From Eledone cirrhosa (lineage: Eukaryota): 64,000 nucleotides of DNA. The notes beneath the pieces were generated by a model. It worked only from the letters and a program-made list of their open reading frames with translations. It had not been told where the DNA came from and made no database searches. Location of the stretch: contig OZ024740.1 in assembly GCA_964016885.1 (NCBI GenBank), forward strand, positions 39,618,001 through 39,682,000, in the 5' to 3' direction. Position 1 is the first letter of the stretch, and every line of letters begins with the position of its first letter. This document shows positions 13,123 through 30,797 of this stretch, piece after piece. The translations under genes and the position numbers were made by a program.

Positions 13123-14152
13123 AGTCAGTTCTTAGATATGCCAACTCTGTGTTTATGATGTTGATGGTATCAGAGCCTTGGGACATATGAGCTTGTTAGG
13201 AATAATTTAATGTTGTCAGCAGGAATAATCTTAATTCTCATTGGTCAGTTTGTAGATGCTCAAAGAGGCAGGTGATGTTGTACAGTTCAAACCATCAGGC
13301 AAGATGACAATAGTTCCATATGACTGATTTTCACAAAAAGCATTCCTGGTCAGATATATATTCAATTGGGGTTTATAGTATGAAATTCGATACTACAGTT
13401 CAATCTTAAATTGAGGAATTTATGTAGGGTGGTACTACTGAAAATGATGGTTAGAGTAGGATACTAGAAAATTTACATATAAAAAGACTTATGTTGGTTG
13501 ACTTGCACATACATTCACACCCGCCCCCACAGACACACACACACACATCCACACATACAAATTGAGGAATTTATGTGGGGCGATAATACTGAAAATTTAT
13601 ATATATATACGGTATATGCGACGGACCTGCATTTGAATTGTAAGTTGAACTTTTTTTTATTTATTCAAGCTCGCGTTATCTAATGTTTGCAACTCTATCT
13701 GTGTTCCCTAGATAAGCGCCCTGGTTGAGTGTTTTTGATGTATATTCAATTTTTCAATTTTGAATTTCCGGCCAATGTGTCCCTAACTATGGTCAGGTTT
13801 TTGGCTTACCTTCTCTTTGAGGAGAAATCCCGTGTCGCTACAAGTCTAGGACTACTACTACATTTGTGATGGCAATGAATGGACGTGTACTAGTCGGTTA
13901 AACAAACCTTTCCATTCGAGGAAGGATAGAACCCCCTGACGAGGCATTCTGAGCCAAATTACGTAATGCCTACTGATATTACCTAACTACTGTGAATAGT
14001 GATTCCAGTTGGACCTATTCTTGACAGACCGGAATGCAGAAACCGATACATTAATCTAAGCATATTTGATACATTAATATCATTAGTCACACAAAGTCGT
14101 TTACCTTACTGATTAACGTATATGTACACTCTGAGTAATGATTTGTATTTCT

Positions 14153-14322
14153 AATAATTGTTTCTACTTTTGGTACAAGGCCAACAATTCTCCCAGTGCA
14201 TTACTGGTACTTTATTTTATCGACCCCATAAGGATGAAAGGCAAAGTTAACCTCGGCAGGATTTGAACTCAGGCTGTAAAGGGACGTAACTCTATGCAGC
14301 AAAGCATGGTGTCCGACCCTCT
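14153..14322 (-). mobile_element. SINE family A
   Basis: Reverse-orientation core and tail. Confidence 0.85.
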
Positions 14323-14569
14323 ATTGAGTCGCCGCACCTGCCGCCTGACGAACGAAAGAACGGATCAAAAATTTCCAGAAATAGCGACCTGGTAGTTGTT
14401 GTCCGAACAGATCAAAAGAATCGAAGGAGGAGAGCCGCCTGAAGAACGGACGAACGAATCGAAAAGTTGGAAAGAGACAAAGAGAGAGCGGCGGTCCGCC
14501 TTCCACACGCGTGCCTGTCCGGTCCGACAGCAGCGGCGACGTTCGTCTTTGTATGTGTCTGTATTTCTA

Positions 14570-14760
14570 ATAATTGTTTCTACTTTTGGCACAAGGCCAG
14601 CAATTATTCCAGTGCATTACTGGTACTTTATTTTATCGACCCCGTAAGGATGAAAGGCAAAGTTAACCTCGGCGGGATTTGAACTCAGATCATAAAGGGA
14701 GGTAACTCTATGCTTCAAAGCATGGCGTCCGACCCTTACCGATACTGCCAATCCACCGCC
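14570..14760 (-). mobile_element. SINE family A, full length with target-site duplication
   Basis: GTCTGTATTTCTAATA on both sides (14557-14572 and 14761-14776). Confidence 0.9.
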
Positions 14761-14822
14761 GTCTGTATTTCTAATAATATAATCAAATGAGTAAGAAACG
14801 GCCGAATCTATAACGATTCTTT

Positions 14823-17804
<2,982 letters not shown>

Positions 17805-18606
17805 ATATATATATATAATTTACGAACTTGTGCATCTGCTGTGGTGTCAAAAACAAACGCCCATGACCGCACAGATAAACAATGGACCATGCCACGTGGC
17901 TTGAACCCGTAAGTGAATTGAAGATTCTGCAACTCTGATACACAGATTATTTATTATTAAGATGTATAAACTTGACATAACTATTATCATATTATATTCT
18001 CTCAACTAATCACACTTGATCATATTTCTCTATCCCGTTTTCTTCCCCCATAATTATTATATTTTTATTATTATTTGAAAAAATCGGTTTTTTTACATTG
18101 TGTTTTCCCCTCCAAATATTCGCTTATATTTCTTTATATATTCTCTATATATTTTTTATCTTTATTATTTTTTTATCTTTATTATTTCCACTTTTATCCT
18201 CCTTTATATTTTACCTTATTCTTACTTTTATACCTTATTATAGTGTAATCTTCCCCATGCCTCATTATACACTATTAATTATAGATTATTATTATTACTC
18301 TTTTTCCATTTCTAATTACCTCATGTACTTTCTCCTCCGCTATATATATATATATATTGTATGCCCTTTGTGTTTGTGTAGCCTCTGCGCACCCTCTGCA
18401 CCATACTATCGACGCCACCCCATCTATGGTTCAGCTAACCACCCGACTCCCGGGAATGAATATGACCGCAGCTAGTAAACAGGGACCCACACCCCACCCT
18501 CCCGCACCAAAATTAGAGTTATCGTCCCCTACTTTTGCTCTTTACTCTCTTTACTCTTTGTTCTTGAATGTTTGGTTGGTAGAGTCCATAACACCAATCA
18601 AACCCC

Positions 18607-18666
18607 TTTTATAGCTCTGACGAATCCTACGGTTACGTAAGGAAGAAACATTGTAAGCCAATAAAA
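18607..18666 (+). ncRNA. Type I hammerhead ribozyme at the 3' end of a pyrimidine-rich element (about 17820-18705)
   Basis: GCT-CTGACGA-A-TCCTACG gtta CGTAAGGA-A-GAAA-CATTG-TA-AGC; GUA triplet, predicted cut after 18655. Confidence 0.7.
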
Positions 18667-18699
18667 ATCTTTTGATGTTGTAGACGCTCTTGTGTTCTT

Positions 18700-18747
<48 letters not shown>

Positions 18748-19399
18748 CTCCGCTGTGACCCGTCTGTTTCTTTCTTATTGCTTCCCCCTTCTCTGTATCT
18801 CTCACTTTCTTTTTACCCCCTCTGCCAATCACTCTCTGTTAGCCTCTTCCTCACACTTTCACTCACTCACTCTCTGCTACTCCCTCTCCTACTTCCTCCC
18901 GTTTGACCTGTGCGAAATTCTTTCCTCACTCACATTTCGACCAGGTTGGATGGTCTTTATTCTCTCTCGTCTACGATTTCACAGAACCTATGTTCGTCGA
19001 TTTCAGGGACTTGACTCCTTCCTCACTTTTCGTTGCATTACCATCTTTGTTTGTTTACTGTTTCGCTTGTTCCCCCTATTTACGTGTCCCAACGACTTTC
19101 TTTAGCTGTTGCTCGCACCAACCAGAGGTATATGGTCTTTAAAGCGATGAAATACCAATGAAGGCTGGAAGATCTCTGATGAAGGACTAAATTTATTCAT
19201 ATATATATATAATCTCCCGTTAGGTTGAGATACAATTTTGGCTGTATTGGGCTGCGCTTTCTAGCAAAAAGCCTACCAGCCGTAAGCAACTAATCACATC
19301 CTTTCTAACTTGACCGCTGCCACGTCACGATTCTTAGCCATTTTTGAATGCATTCTTGGCGCGATCACTTTGGAAAATTAATTGTCTAAATTTGAGCTA

Positions 19400-19477
19400 A
19401 CTTCCTGAAGAATCCGAAGCTCTAGATATCCAATGTTATCGGATGTCTTAAAATGCGGATGAAACCGTGGTAGAGGT
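19400..19477 (+). ncRNA. Type I hammerhead ribozyme with intact core and stems
   Basis: ACTTC-CTGAAGA-ATCCG...CGGAT-GAAA-CCGTGG-TA-GAGGT; GUA triplet, predicted cut after 19472. Confidence 0.82.
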
Positions 19478-19747
19478 AATTAAATATGTACATTTTTCTT
19501 CTAGTTTATTTTACACCTTCTTCTGTTTAGTTGACTGTATATCTGGTCGATTTATACATGCTGTAGAAATATTCGATAAATGATCCGTCGTAACCGCCGC
19601 GAAGGGGCTGCTTTCGGTTATTTGTCGGTGATTTCTTCATAGGAGCCTTTATTCTTATAGCTTGGTCTAATTGATTTTTTTATATGGTTAATTATGCTAA
19701 TTGGGAGAGGAAACAGTATATATTTTATCTGGTGATTCTATAGACAT

Positions 19748-19823
<76 letters not shown>

Positions 19824-19974
19824 GTAGAACACTGGAAGGTAATATCTGTAGTGGTAGAGCACTCAGTCTATGGGACGAGTTTGGTAGAAGTAGTAACGTT
19901 AGTTCACCATACCGAGAACAATTATTTCACTTTAGCGGATCTTCAACTCGGACTGGTCATGGTTCATGACCAGT

Positions 19975-20014
19975 CCGAGCTGAAGATCCGCTAAGGTGAA
20001 ACAATTGTTCTCGG
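19975..20014 (+). ncRNA. Minimal 40-nt type I hammerhead in fold-back 19888-20044
   Basis: CCGAG-CTGAAGA-T-CC gctaa GG-T-GAAA-CAATTG-TT-CTCGG. The mirror copy at 19912-19951 (-) has three substitutions. Confidence 0.8.
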
Positions 20015-20049
20015 TATGGTGAACTAACTGTTGTGTTACTACTTATATG

Positions 20050-20111
<62 letters not shown>

Positions 20112-20139
20112 CCAGTGTTAGTTTGTAAATGAATTCTTT

Positions 20140-20183
20140 TCCTTGTGACTCGAGTTTCACGCTACTGCGATCTTTCAAACGGA
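20140..20183 (-). ncRNA. Decayed or variant hammerhead motif
   Basis: GT-TTGAAAGA-T-CGC agta GCG-T-GAAA-CTCGAG-TC-AC. Confidence 0.5.
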
Positions 20184-20699
20184 TGTTTATATTTTTCTTA
20201 TTTTTAACTAGTTCGTCTGTCTGTGGCTACCATTTTCATGAGTCGGTTTCTAAATAATATCTTATTAGGTTTGTGACGTTTTGATTATTGACTTATTATT
20301 GATTGATTTTCGTTGATCAATTGCGCAGCTGGTTTGTTTCTATTGACCGATTTTGTTATTATGTCCGGTTTTTCTAGATTGTCATTTGTTTTTAATGGTT
20401 AATTCGTGTTATGTTTTATTGTGTTGTCACCCTCCATGGGCTGATTTGCCGATTGTTGTGTTCTCTGTATCAGTCGATTTCATTATTATATACGGTTTTA
20501 CTAAACTGTTGTTAATTTGATGGTTATATTGATTTTGTGTTAGCTTTTGCTTGGTGTTACTAAACATTATTGTAATGAGGCGATCTTTTTTTTTCGGATA
20601 TTGTACCCATCATCTCTAAATTGTCTTTATTTTTCATTGGTTAATCCGTTGATTATTTTCTTTTCCATGTATTGTCCTGCCGTCTGAACGCTGGTCACT

Positions 20700-21060
20700 T
20701 CACCCGCCACACCGAGCTAAACTTGACCATTAAGCGGGCCCTAGCTCGAGTATATATATCTTCTCAGTTCTAGAGCGAGCTGGATTATCCAGAATTGATA
20801 GGAAGAGACCAGGTGGTTTTGCCCTTTCTTTTCCTAGGTAAGAAGCAGATGTCTCATCTGGGACTCCACATTCAGTGACCCTTTTGCTCCCTCCCACATC
20901 ATCGATACCGCGGTAAATGTGAGGGCCACTGCATCCGTTGCCGAACAGAATAAAATCTGAAAGTACCGGGAATTATCAAACAATTACTTTTTCCAGCCTG
21001 TGGGCGTTCGAGACAGTGAAGTTCTTGTCATCGTTGGCGGCTCGTCTTACTGTGATACCC
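20700..21060 (+). mobile_element. Decayed CRE-like non-LTR retrotransposon fragment (restriction-like endonuclease region)
   Basis: Frameshifted translation GLSRIDRKRPGG...CLIWDSTFSDPFAPSH...AEQNK.*KYRELSNNYFFQPVG resembles the KRPDG..WD..AE..K..KY..F.P motif. Confidence 0.6.
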
Positions 21061-21067
21061 GTGAGGG

Positions 21068-21564
21068 TGTAGCGAAATCTGTCCATGCCTTGAACCTTGG
21101 GTGACACCTAAAAGTCAAATTCTAGGTCACCATCCTTTTCGGTGTGGACAGGTTCATGCGTGGGCGATCCCTCAAGGTGGGGGACAGAAAGCGACAGGTA
21201 TATAAAGCCTGTACTATCCCACGTCTTTTACACACAGAGCGATCGGAGCAGTACGCTATTTCAAGCTATGTAAAGATTCACCGCCTACTACAGGCTGCAG
21301 AGGTCTACAGACCATTACTCTCTCTCTCTCTCTCTCTGTCCTGGTCGCAGACTACACCAGCCTCATGAACCAACAACAAAATAACATTGTCAACCTTCGC
21401 AACTCGTGGTAACTTGTTTACTGTTCTTTTTGACTGAGGTGAAGTAAACCTTTTTATATATAAAGTAAATCAGCTATTCTTGTTATTCACATCTAACAAC
21501 CACTACTAATACCTTCGTTACAACTACAAATACCCTTCGTTACATTTGGTGACCCCGACGTGAT
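21068..21564 (+). mobile_element. LTR (21068-21544) with tRNA-Trp primer-binding site (21547-21564); no internal genes follow
   Basis: TGTAGCGAA...TTCGTTACA termini, TATAAA near 21201, then TGGTGACCCCGACGTGAT, complementary to the eukaryotic tRNA-Trp 3' end. Confidence 0.85.
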
Positions 21565-22231
21565 ATAATAAAAAAATTAATAATACGAAGTAGTATTTTA
21601 AAAAAAGAAAACACGCAATTTTTTCTGATCATGGCTTCCATTGACAACATCAACAACTTTCTCAGCAATCTATAATTACCAAGCTTCTCATCTATATGGT
21701 ACGATATGATAAAACTTTACTTTTTCAAATTATTCACCAAACTTCCATTCTACGGAATATTTACAGTGACTTCGCTTTAATGTTTCGATTCATTAGCAAA
21801 CACTTCACCACGTGCTTCGTAATCTCCAACAACAACAACAACAACAGACAATACTAATAGCTTCCTAACAAGAAAACGATCACATAAAGGAGAGAAAACT
21901 GAACTTTTTGTAAAGAACAATTATATAAAATTTTTTTTTTTTTTTTTACAGGCTATATATGAACGTTCATTTTTTTTTTTTTTTTTTTTTACTGTATTAT
22001 ATGCCTGTATGAACATACATTTTGCATCAAATACACATCATTTTCTTTGTCACACACCAACATGTTTTTGTTTATGGTATGTTCTGGATTCGGTTGGGTT
22101 TCTGCGAGATCACTTTTCAACTGGTCGAGGTTCGGCAACAGCTATTAAACACATGAGAAACAACTCACGGGTACTGCACGCCTGGACTCACTCAGGCACG
22201 CAACTCAAAATTGCACACACTCATGTCATAG

Positions 22232-25534
<3,303 letters not shown>

Positions 25535-25695
25535 TAAATCAGAGAGAGATTTTGAGTTTATGTTGATTGTATACCAACACCTCAGTATGCAGGCTGGAGC
25601 ACTCGACGAAGTGCGCAGGTTGGTTTGGTTACTCCGGAGTAGTGTAAAATCAAGTTAAATAAAAGTCAAATGATTAAAATTTAGCTTCGTTTATT

Positions 25696-25750
25696 GCTGC
25701 TATATATATTTCAGTGACAGCCATCTTTGGCTGTGACCTCTTCAGGCAGT
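25696..25750 (-). ncRNA. Type I hammerhead ribozyme
   Basis: CTGC-CTGAAGA-GGTCACAGCCA aaga TGGCTGTCACT-GAAA-TATATA-TA-GCAG. Confidence 0.8.
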
Positions 25751-26412
25751 TTGAATTAGTATGGTATAAACAAGTACATATGTTGTTTAGGTGTATAATA
25801 TTGTCAATACTCTGATATGCCCAGTTCCTTGTTGGGTTGTTATTTCACTGAGGAACTGAAGTCATATAAATTCAAACAAACGAATTTCAGTGTCAAAGGT
25901 CCTCTTCTCCTCTCATTGGTCAGAAAAAACACACACTGGATACTTCTAAATTGTTAGCAGCAGCGAGATATAAGCTGACCACAACACCAACAACACTACC
26001 AAAATAATGGTAGAGGTCAAATGTACTGAACAATAGCAGGCAAAAACACTACAGGGAGCCTCACCCCAGAAAGAATTCTATAGACTTCTGACTGAGGAAT
26101 GCTCTCAGAACTGACCAATGGGAAGTTTGACACCTTTTTGTTATTTTGTTCCTTTAACACCTTGTCGCTTCTACCATTTTATCAATTTTTAAGCTAACTC
26201 CAACAATAACAACACTTAGAATGAGGAATGTTCTAATAACTGACCAATGAGAGGAGAAAAGGACCTTTGACACTGAAATTCGTTTGTTTGAATTCATATG
26301 ACTCCAGTTCCTCAGTGAAATAACAACCCAACAAGGAACTGGGCATATCAGAGTATTGACAATATTATACACCTAAACAACATATGTACTTGTCTATACC
26401 ATACTAATTCAA

Positions 26413-26467
26413 ACTGCCTGAAGAGGTCACAGCCAAAGATGACTGTCACTGAAATACATATAGCAGT
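26413..26467 (+). ncRNA. Type I hammerhead ribozyme
   Basis: ACTGC-CTGAAGA-GGTCACAGCCA aaga TGACTGTCACT-GAAA-TACATA-TA-GCAGT; predicted cut after 26462. Confidence 0.8.
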
Positions 26468-27170
26468 AATAAACGAAGCTAAATTTTAATCATTTGACTT
26501 TTATTTAACTTTATTATATATATATATATATATATATATTTAGAGTTAGCATTAGTATATATTTTTCTCGGGACTCAGAATTATTATCTCGTACAAGTTC
26601 ACTTTGCTGCACCGGGTCGTTGCTGGCCCGGGATGGAAACCTTTATTGTTTATTTCGTGGTAGTCTCTTTAGTATTTTGGCCCCTTTTGTTGACCCGTCA
26701 CCGTATCATTTACGTACTTATACCTCTTAAAAGGGTCCTTGCCTATTCCGTCCCACCTAGTTCTTTTACTTATTTCGTTATTTCTTTATTTATTTACTTC
26801 TTTCTTTCTTTCTTTATTTTATTCTAGCCTAACAATAGCCTGAGACCTAGGTCGTAGAATTTAATTTACTTTACTTTTTTCTTTACACTTATTTGCTTTT
26901 CTTCACTCTCAGTATTTTTTCTTTCCTATATATTTCTACCCCCCCCCCCATTGTTCTACCTACCGTTCCGACTTCCTCCCCCTCCCCCTCCCCTGTATCT
27001 TCTTTGACCTCATGCCCAGCTGTAGCTGGCACTACCAACGCTTGATTGGGTCTACTCCACCCCCTCCCCTCTTTCTCCTACTGGCAGGTTTAGCCACCAT
27101 CTCCCCTACTAATTTGCAACCACAGAATTACTACTGATTTTTGACAATCACTTTGACCATATATGGAATT

Positions 27171-27264
27171 ACCCCTTGAGAAGATCGGCTATTTAAATAC
27201 CAGGATAAATTTTCATTTAGTCCAGAATTAGCCGTCGAAACGGCTTGAGCTCAGCTGTCGGGGT
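27171..27264 (+). ncRNA. Hammerhead with U3-A8 variant core, at the 3' end of a Penelope-type UTR fragment (about 26540-27280)
   Basis: ACCCC-TTGAGAA-GATCGGCTA...TAGCCGTC-GAAA-CGGCT tgagctc AGCTG-TC-GGGGT; GUC triplet, predicted cut after 27259. Confidence 0.7.
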
Positions 27265-27286
27265 TTTACTGGTTCCTATATATATA

Positions 27287-27757
27287 TCATCATCATCATC
27301 ATCATCAACGTTTAACGTCCGTGTTCCACGCTTGCATGGGTTTGGATGGGGGTAGTCCCACTTGAGGCAAGAGTGATTGTCTTGCTCGCATAGGACTGTC
27401 TGGCAGGTTTTCTACAGTTGGATGCCCTTCCTAACACCAACCACATTTACAGTGTGGGTCTGGGAGGTTTTTACCGTGTTGCCTACACGGCCACATTACA
27501 GCGTGGACTGTGTGTTTTTTTGTCGTGACACCTACACGATCTCATTTGTTTCGGCCTGGATGGCGCGGCACCAACATAACTTTACATAGAACGGGGTGGT
27601 GTGGATGGGGTGGGGGTGGGGGTGGTGGGACGGGGTGTATTTGTTAGAGATGCCTACTGGCTGGAGTAGGTTTTACTATATATTTAGGTAAGGCGGGTCT
27701 TCTCTGTTACTGAGTACCGCCAAAGGTCTTGGTCCAGTGACATTGTCTTGGAGAGGT
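27287..27757 (-). mobile_element. RTE LINE 3' UTR fragment
   Basis: (CAT)n tail and homology to 52560-52945. Confidence 0.8.
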
Positions 27758-27779
27758 ATATATATATATATATATATAT

Positions 27780-30586
27780 ATAGCTGAATTACATGGCGCT
27801 GCTTGGGTTACTTCTGTTCTTATTCAGATTAGTAAACAATAAATATGGAGATATGTTTTTTTTCTTATAATTATTTCAAAATATCTATATTTTATTTTTT
27901 AAATATCAAAATTGTAATTATAATAGAATTTAGAAATGAAAATCTTTCAATTTTGAAGCACCTCAGGGTAAACAATATTCATTGTGTAATTTTTTGTTGC
28001 TGTCCAAATGAATAAAGTGTTGCTACACACTCACACACACATACACTCTCACATACATATATTAAGACAGACACACATAGACATTCATTTACGCAGACAC
28101 ACGCATAGCCTTTCACCTCATTTTTGGTCAGTTGCTACATATGTGTAGATGTGTGAGTGTATTTAATCACGAACCTAAGGTATGTCGTTTTCTATTGTTT
28201 TCATGCAATGAATATTGTTCTAATGCAAATGAAAATAAAGATTATCACACACACACACACACACACATACACTCACGCATACACTCATACACATATACAC
28301 TCTCACATACATATACTAAGACAGACACACACAGACATACATTCACGCAAACCTATTACTTGTCAGTCACCACATATGTATATGTATGTGTAGATGTTTG
28401 TGTGTGTTTAATTGTCTGTGTGTGAAGATAATGTGTATGCAACTTACAAACGCTATATGTATGTGTGTGTTCCTCCTCATATTTTTTATTATAACACCTC
28501 GTTGTAAACAATGTTCTTTGTTTTTCCGCGTCGTGCAAATGCGAAAAGGATTCCCCTGCTTCCCACTCGGGAACACCCAACGTACAATTGTCCGTGTGAG
28601 AAACATGTCTCTTCCAAGAGAAGTCCGCCCATAGAGAGGGTCTGACCTTGGGATTTGTTAATGGACATTGCAAAGTTGACACGAATTGGAAATTGCAGAC
28701 GTCTGAATGAAAAGGGAATTTCTGCTCCTGATTAAATGCGAGGGATTCTTGGAATGAAGACGTCATCACCTTTTCCACATCCAGAAAGAAGTGTTGCCTC
28801 GATAGTATGTGACATCATTTTCTTTACCACCAGTCGTGACCATTGCACAGTCTTGGCGGATCTAGATTACTAAGCAGCATTACAGGAGTTTCCAACTTTA
28901 AGTCTTAATATGTGGGGAGGTGGTCCGGGGGGCTCCAATGAATTGAGAAAGTCTGGAGGATAGTTCACCACTTCATTGTGATCCTGGATTGTGTCGACAG
29001 ACTTGTAAGTGTGAAGATTTCCTAGAAGAGACATTATTAACTGTTCGTTGAGTTTATTAACAGCGATGTTTTTTGGAGCCATTATTGCTCTTTCGCACAG
29101 CCAATTGTGATTTTGGTAATTTTCTGTCAAGTTCGGAAACACTTGGTCTTTCAGCTCCTCCACAGAATTAACAATGGTACAAAATGGCCAGACGTCCATT
29201 TCTCCGGCAGCGTCGAGAGGCACCTTGCTATCGCTAAGTGTCAAAATGTCCTGTGCAAACCTGGCGGACATGTGGTACCCGTGTAGTTGAGTTCTCGTGT
29301 TAATGGTAAGAGTCAGGGTCGTAACGTGTCGCCACAATGGAGAGGATTTAAGGCACGTCTGGACTTCATCTGCTCTGGTGCCTTTGGGAATGACGGGAAA
29401 AGTCTCTCTGAAATCACCAGACAACAGAAGCGTTACACCTCCCACTGGAGCATGACAATCTCTATCTTTAAGTGTTCTATCTACTGCTTCCAGGGCTCCT
29501 TTGTGGGCCATGGTGCACTCATCCCACACAAAGAGATAACACCGTTTGAGGACCTTACCCTGGTCTGAGCTTTTACTGATGTTGCAGGTAGGCGTTTCAG
29601 ATATTGCTAGATTCGGAGGGAGTTTAAAAGTCGAGTGCGCTGTCCTGCCAAAGGGCAGCAAAGTAGCAGCAATCCCAGTGGAGGCAACAGCTACCGTGAT
29701 ATCCCTATGCTGCCTAACTTTTGCAAGGAAGAGTTTCGTTACAAAAGTGTTTCCTGTCTCTCCAGGTGCATCCAGGAAAAAGATACCTCCTTTTCGGTGG
29801 CGCACATGGTCGACAATAGTGCTGTAAGCCCGTTGTTGGTCCGGAAGCAGTTATGGTTCAGTGTCGATAACATATTGGGAAAGAGCATCAATCTCGTAGG
29901 ATGTTTTTCGTAGGATGACTGTGGGAAGTACGTTTGACCCTGTTCGGAATGTTTGGGGCAGGCCATATGTGGGCAAATCATTTACACCAAGTGAAACAAT
30001 CCTGTCTTCAATGTCAATCAGTGCTCTGTTGTAGACCTCATGTCAGAGTACTGCAGTAGTTCCAGACGTTTAAAATCCCCAGAAAGATCATCTCTCTACT
30101 TGAACCACAAATATGAAGGATTACACAATTCACATGCTGGCAACAATAATTTCAAATAGTATTAATTTTTCTTTGTTCTGTAAAATCAAAGACTGCAAAA
30201 CGACTTATTGTTAAACCTTCAACTGATATACTTTGATCTATAGTTTAAGCCGGTGTGGGACGTCACTCTCTCACTCTCTCTCTCTCTCCCCCTCTCTTTT
30301 TCTCTCTCTCTGAATATCTAACACTTTAATTGTCTCTCTCTGTATAACGGCCTATCTCTCTCTTTCTGGCTCTCCCTCTGTGTGTCTCAAAAATGATTTT
30401 TTTTTTTTTAGTCGGTTTTTCTCTTATAGAGGGCGCAGTAGACACAAATTTGAAAAAGTAATGAGTTCGTACGAAGGTCAGGAGCATAATACATGTTTGT
30501 GCCAAATTTGAAGAAAATCGGTTGCAAGTTGTAGAAGTTACGCGGAAACAGACACACACACACACAGTCTATTTTATATATATAGA
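27780..30586 (-). mobile_element. Internally deleted Helitron carrying a decayed PIF1-family helicase
   Basis: ORF 28870-29805: FLDAPGETGNT (decayed Walker A), VASTGIAATLL..GRTAHS, WDECTM, GDFR, LNSLEPPG.PPH.L.LKVG. Minus-strand 5' TC at 30586; degenerate CTA(G/T) and hairpin at about 27780-27810. Confidence 0.85.
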
Positions 30587-30593
30587 TATGGAT

Positions 30594-30797
30594 AGTTTGA
30601 CCGCTACATGGTTGATGTAATATATGTTTCTGGTATTAATGAACAGTTTGATCGCTACATGGTTGATGTAATATATGTTTCTGGTATTAATGAACAGTTT
30701 GACCGCTACATGGTTGATGTAATATATGTTTCTGGTATTAATGAACAGTTTGACCGCTACATGGTTGATGTAATATGTGTTTATCTGGTATTAATAG
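30594..30797. repeat. 51-bp minisatellite, about 4 copies
   Basis: AGTTTGACCGCTACATGGTTGATGTAATATATGTTTCTGGTATTAATGAAC repeated. Confidence 0.93.

Larger units (their letters stand above)
25652..26511. repeat. Fold-back element with arms of about 270 bp, each carrying an outward-facing hammerhead
   Basis: 25652-25922 is the reverse complement of about 26241-26511. Confidence 0.92.

Noticed and set aside
14345-14367. CTGACGA-AC-GAAA hammerhead-like core
   Set aside because: No stem I or stem III pairing.
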